NCBI GenBank assembly: GCA_036012565.1
Contig: DASCPP010000111.1
Coordinates: forward strand, 1 to 58,434
Direction of reading: 5' to 3'
DNA length: 58,434 bases
Source: Flavobacteriales bacterium
GTDB taxonomy: Bacteria; Bacteroidota; Bacteroidia; Flavobacteriales; BACL11
Part shown: piece by piece, positions 58,214 through 58,434 of the stretch
How positions within the stretch are numbered: position 1 is the first letter of the stretch
How the letters are laid out: every line of letters starts with the position of its first letter
The notes under the pieces: generated by a model
The model's input: the letters and a program-made list of their open reading frames with translations, nothing else
Database searches by the model: none
Told to the model about the DNA's origin: nothing
Made by a program: the position numbers and the translations under genes

Positions 58214-58434
58214 ATGAAAAGAACGATATTATTTCTGTCTTTTTTGCTGATCCCAGGGCTTGTTTTTTCACAGCAAGACCCTCAGTTTAGTCAAAATATG
58301 TTCAACAAATTAGCTAATAATCCTGGCTATGCGGGGAGCAATCAAGCTATTTGTGCAACAATGCTTCACCGTTCACAATGGATGGGCTTTGAAGGAGCAC
58401 CAACTACACTTAATTTGAGTGTGGATGCTGGCAT
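58214..58434 (+). CDS. PorP/SprF-family type IX secretion system membrane protein (N-terminal fragment, runs off the window)
   Basis: Not in the ORF track because there is no stop. My translation is MKRTILFLSFLLIPGLVFSQQDPQFSQNMFNKLANNPGYAGSNQAICATMLHRSQWMGFEGAPTT. This matches the family signature QQDPxFSQ...NPAYAG...RxQW.G..GAP.T. An in-frame ATG at 58166 is a less likely start. Confidence 0.85.
   Translation, partial: MKRTILFLSFLLIPGLVFSQQDPQFSQNMFNKLANNPGYAGSNQAICATMLHRSQWMGFEGAPTTLNLSVDAG

Overview
This is a gene-dense, AT-rich chromosomal segment: 55 CDS including one partial at the right edge, and about 96% coding by my hand tally. It looks like a Bacteroidota, Flavobacteriia-type genome. 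Supporting signs are gldB-gldC gliding genes, a PorP/SprF T9SS protein, an FtsZ ending in NSFLHDNVD, TAnnTTTG -7 promoter boxes and a topoisomerase I with GRFGP repeats instead of zinc fingers. I found no rRNA, tRNA, CRISPR array, transposase, integrase or phage gene, so this is core chromosome rather than an island.

Left to right:
- Minus-strand envelope operon: CBS protein, extra Omp85/POTRA barrel, nadK, beta-barrel, uppS, bamA, two skp/ompH, then murI, nfu and an M1 aminopeptidase.
- pdxJ plus a hydrolase.
- A small accessory patch: MORN protein and a LuxE-like/GNAT/PqqB-like operon, with a divergent lipoprotein.
- RND efflux operon in the order permease-adaptor-TolC.
- Phosphate porin plus Na/Pi cotransporter.
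- Glycosyltransferase, trmB, mrp-nifU, nadE, gldBC, engB.
- A complete dcw cluster, mraZ through ftsZ. No murF, ddl or murB is in the cluster.
- groESL.
- Operon miaB, sigma-54 activator, lptE, TPR protein, secG.
- topA, an arginase-fold protein and a PorP/SprF N-terminus.

Most interesting observations:
1. A near-consensus sigma-54 -24/-12 promoter lies directly upstream of groES, 1.6 kb from a sensor-less sigma-54 activator embedded in an envelope-biogenesis operon.
2. A translationally coupled LuxE-like / GNAT / exported PqqB-like trio of unknown pathway sits next to an RND exporter. A 34-bp perfect palindrome guards that exporter, and no regulator gene is nearby.
3. An arginase-fold protein with degenerate metal ligands sits next to T9SS PorP/SprF.
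4. Perfect TAnnTTTG boxes recur 3-6 nt from start codons, implying leaderless mRNAs.

All functional calls come from motifs read by eye. No database search was run.
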